Assembly: GCF_006345805.1 (NCBI RefSeq)
Contig: NC_043005.1
Coordinates: 77,686,001 to 77,750,000, forward strand
Reading direction: 5' to 3'
Length of the DNA: 64,000 nucleotides
Origin: Octopus sinensis
Taxonomy: Eukaryota
Shown: piece after piece, positions 63,003-64,000 of the stretch
How positions within the stretch are numbered: position 1 is the first letter of the stretch
Layout of the letters: every line of letters begins with the position of its first letter
Made by a program: the position numbers and the translations under genes
Notes under the pieces: generated by a model
What the model saw: only the letters and a program-made list of their open reading frames with translations
What the model was told of the DNA's origin: nothing
Database searches by the model: none

Positions 63003-63210
63003 TTGTGTGTCTATGTTGGTTCCCCCAACATCACTTGACAACTGATGCTGGTGTGTTTACATCCCCGTAACTTAGAGGTCCGCCAAAAGAGAAGGATAGA
63101 ATAAGTACTAGGCTTACAAAGAATAAGTCCTGGGGTTGATTTGCTTGACTAAAGGTGGTGCTCCAGCATGGCTACAGTCAAATGACTGAAACAAGTAAAA
63201 GGGTAAAGGA
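62795..63210 (+). mobile_element. SINE family A, full length
   Basis: Both halves plus internal microsatellite. Confidence 0.85.
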
Positions 63211-63924
63211 GTTGCAGTAATTGACTTACCCTCTTCCATAAAATTGCTGGCCTTGTGCCAAAATTTGAAATCTTTATTTAAACTGGTATTTGGGACATAA
63301 TATGAAAAATGAAAATTTAATGGAAAGTTTTTATTTAAATCAGTTTTAAAACATAAAGTTTGTATCATAGTAACCTGGATCAGTCTGAGTTGGAATAGTA
63401 TGGAAGGGGTTGAGAAAGAAGTTAACCCAATATCATTTAGAGAGACCATATCCAGCCTAAATATTCAACCTGTTTTATGTTTAGATCAATCAGTCTTAGC
63501 CTTTGACATTGAACTTCTAAGTTATGGGTTCATAAACACACCAGCACGGGTTGTCAAGCAATGGTGGGAGACAAACACTGACATAAAAACACACACACAG
63601 CCATTCAAGAATTTGGACCTGGAGATCTCCATTTCCAGCGACTTCGAGGGCCACCTCCCAGTGGTGTCGGGCGTCAACGAAGAGCCCTCGACTACAACAA
63701 AACGACCAAAGTTTTTTTTTTTTCCAAGGTCTGGGGTCTCCCACCCCTAAGCCCTAGGCCATCACTAAATCACGCTTACCCCTCTTGTTGCTTAACAACA
63801 ACAACATACACACACACTATATCAAAATCTGAAGGCCATGAGATATGTGTGTGTATACATATGTATGTATATATATATATATATATATATATTTATGTGT
63901 GTGTGTGTGTGTATATATGTATAT

Positions 63925-64000
63925 ATCATCATCATCATCATCATCATCATCGTTTAACGTCCGTTTTCCGCGCTAGCATGGGTTGGACGGTTTCGACCGG
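63925..64000 (-). mobile_element. SINE family D 3' end, cut by the window edge
   Basis: (cat)n cgtttaacgtccgttttcc..gctagcatgggttggacgg. Confidence 0.8.

Overview
AT-rich, repeat-dominated eukaryotic DNA, most likely from an octopus. That assignment is an inference from the dense tRNA-derived SINEs carrying internal (TA)n/(TG)n, the compound microsatellites and the LINE types. The only intact cellular genes I can support are two intronless, divergent p38-family MAP kinase paralogues (TGY activation loop). They lie head-to-head about 29.4 kb apart (28737-29813 minus, 59218-60288 plus) and are about 85% identical in protein by manual count. They share conserved flanks, an eroded acidic docking site and a 142-nt tract with no nucleotide differences. 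The rest is layered transposon debris: CR1-like, RTE (one with a PHD finger inside the RT) and Tx1-like LINEs; Penelope-like remnants with hammerhead-ribozyme motifs; mariner/maT remnants; piggyBac-like and GG-terminal (Merlin-like) MITEs; Helitron-like elements; and at least four SINE families. The spacer between the kinase genes is built from two degenerate tandem cassette arrays, several fold-back palindromes and a CRISPR-looking minisatellite. The plus-strand kinase sits where sister cassette units carry that minisatellite. Most short ORFs in the supplied track are microsatellite or SINE read-throughs. Boundaries were read by eye and may be off by a few to tens of bases; nothing was computed or searched.
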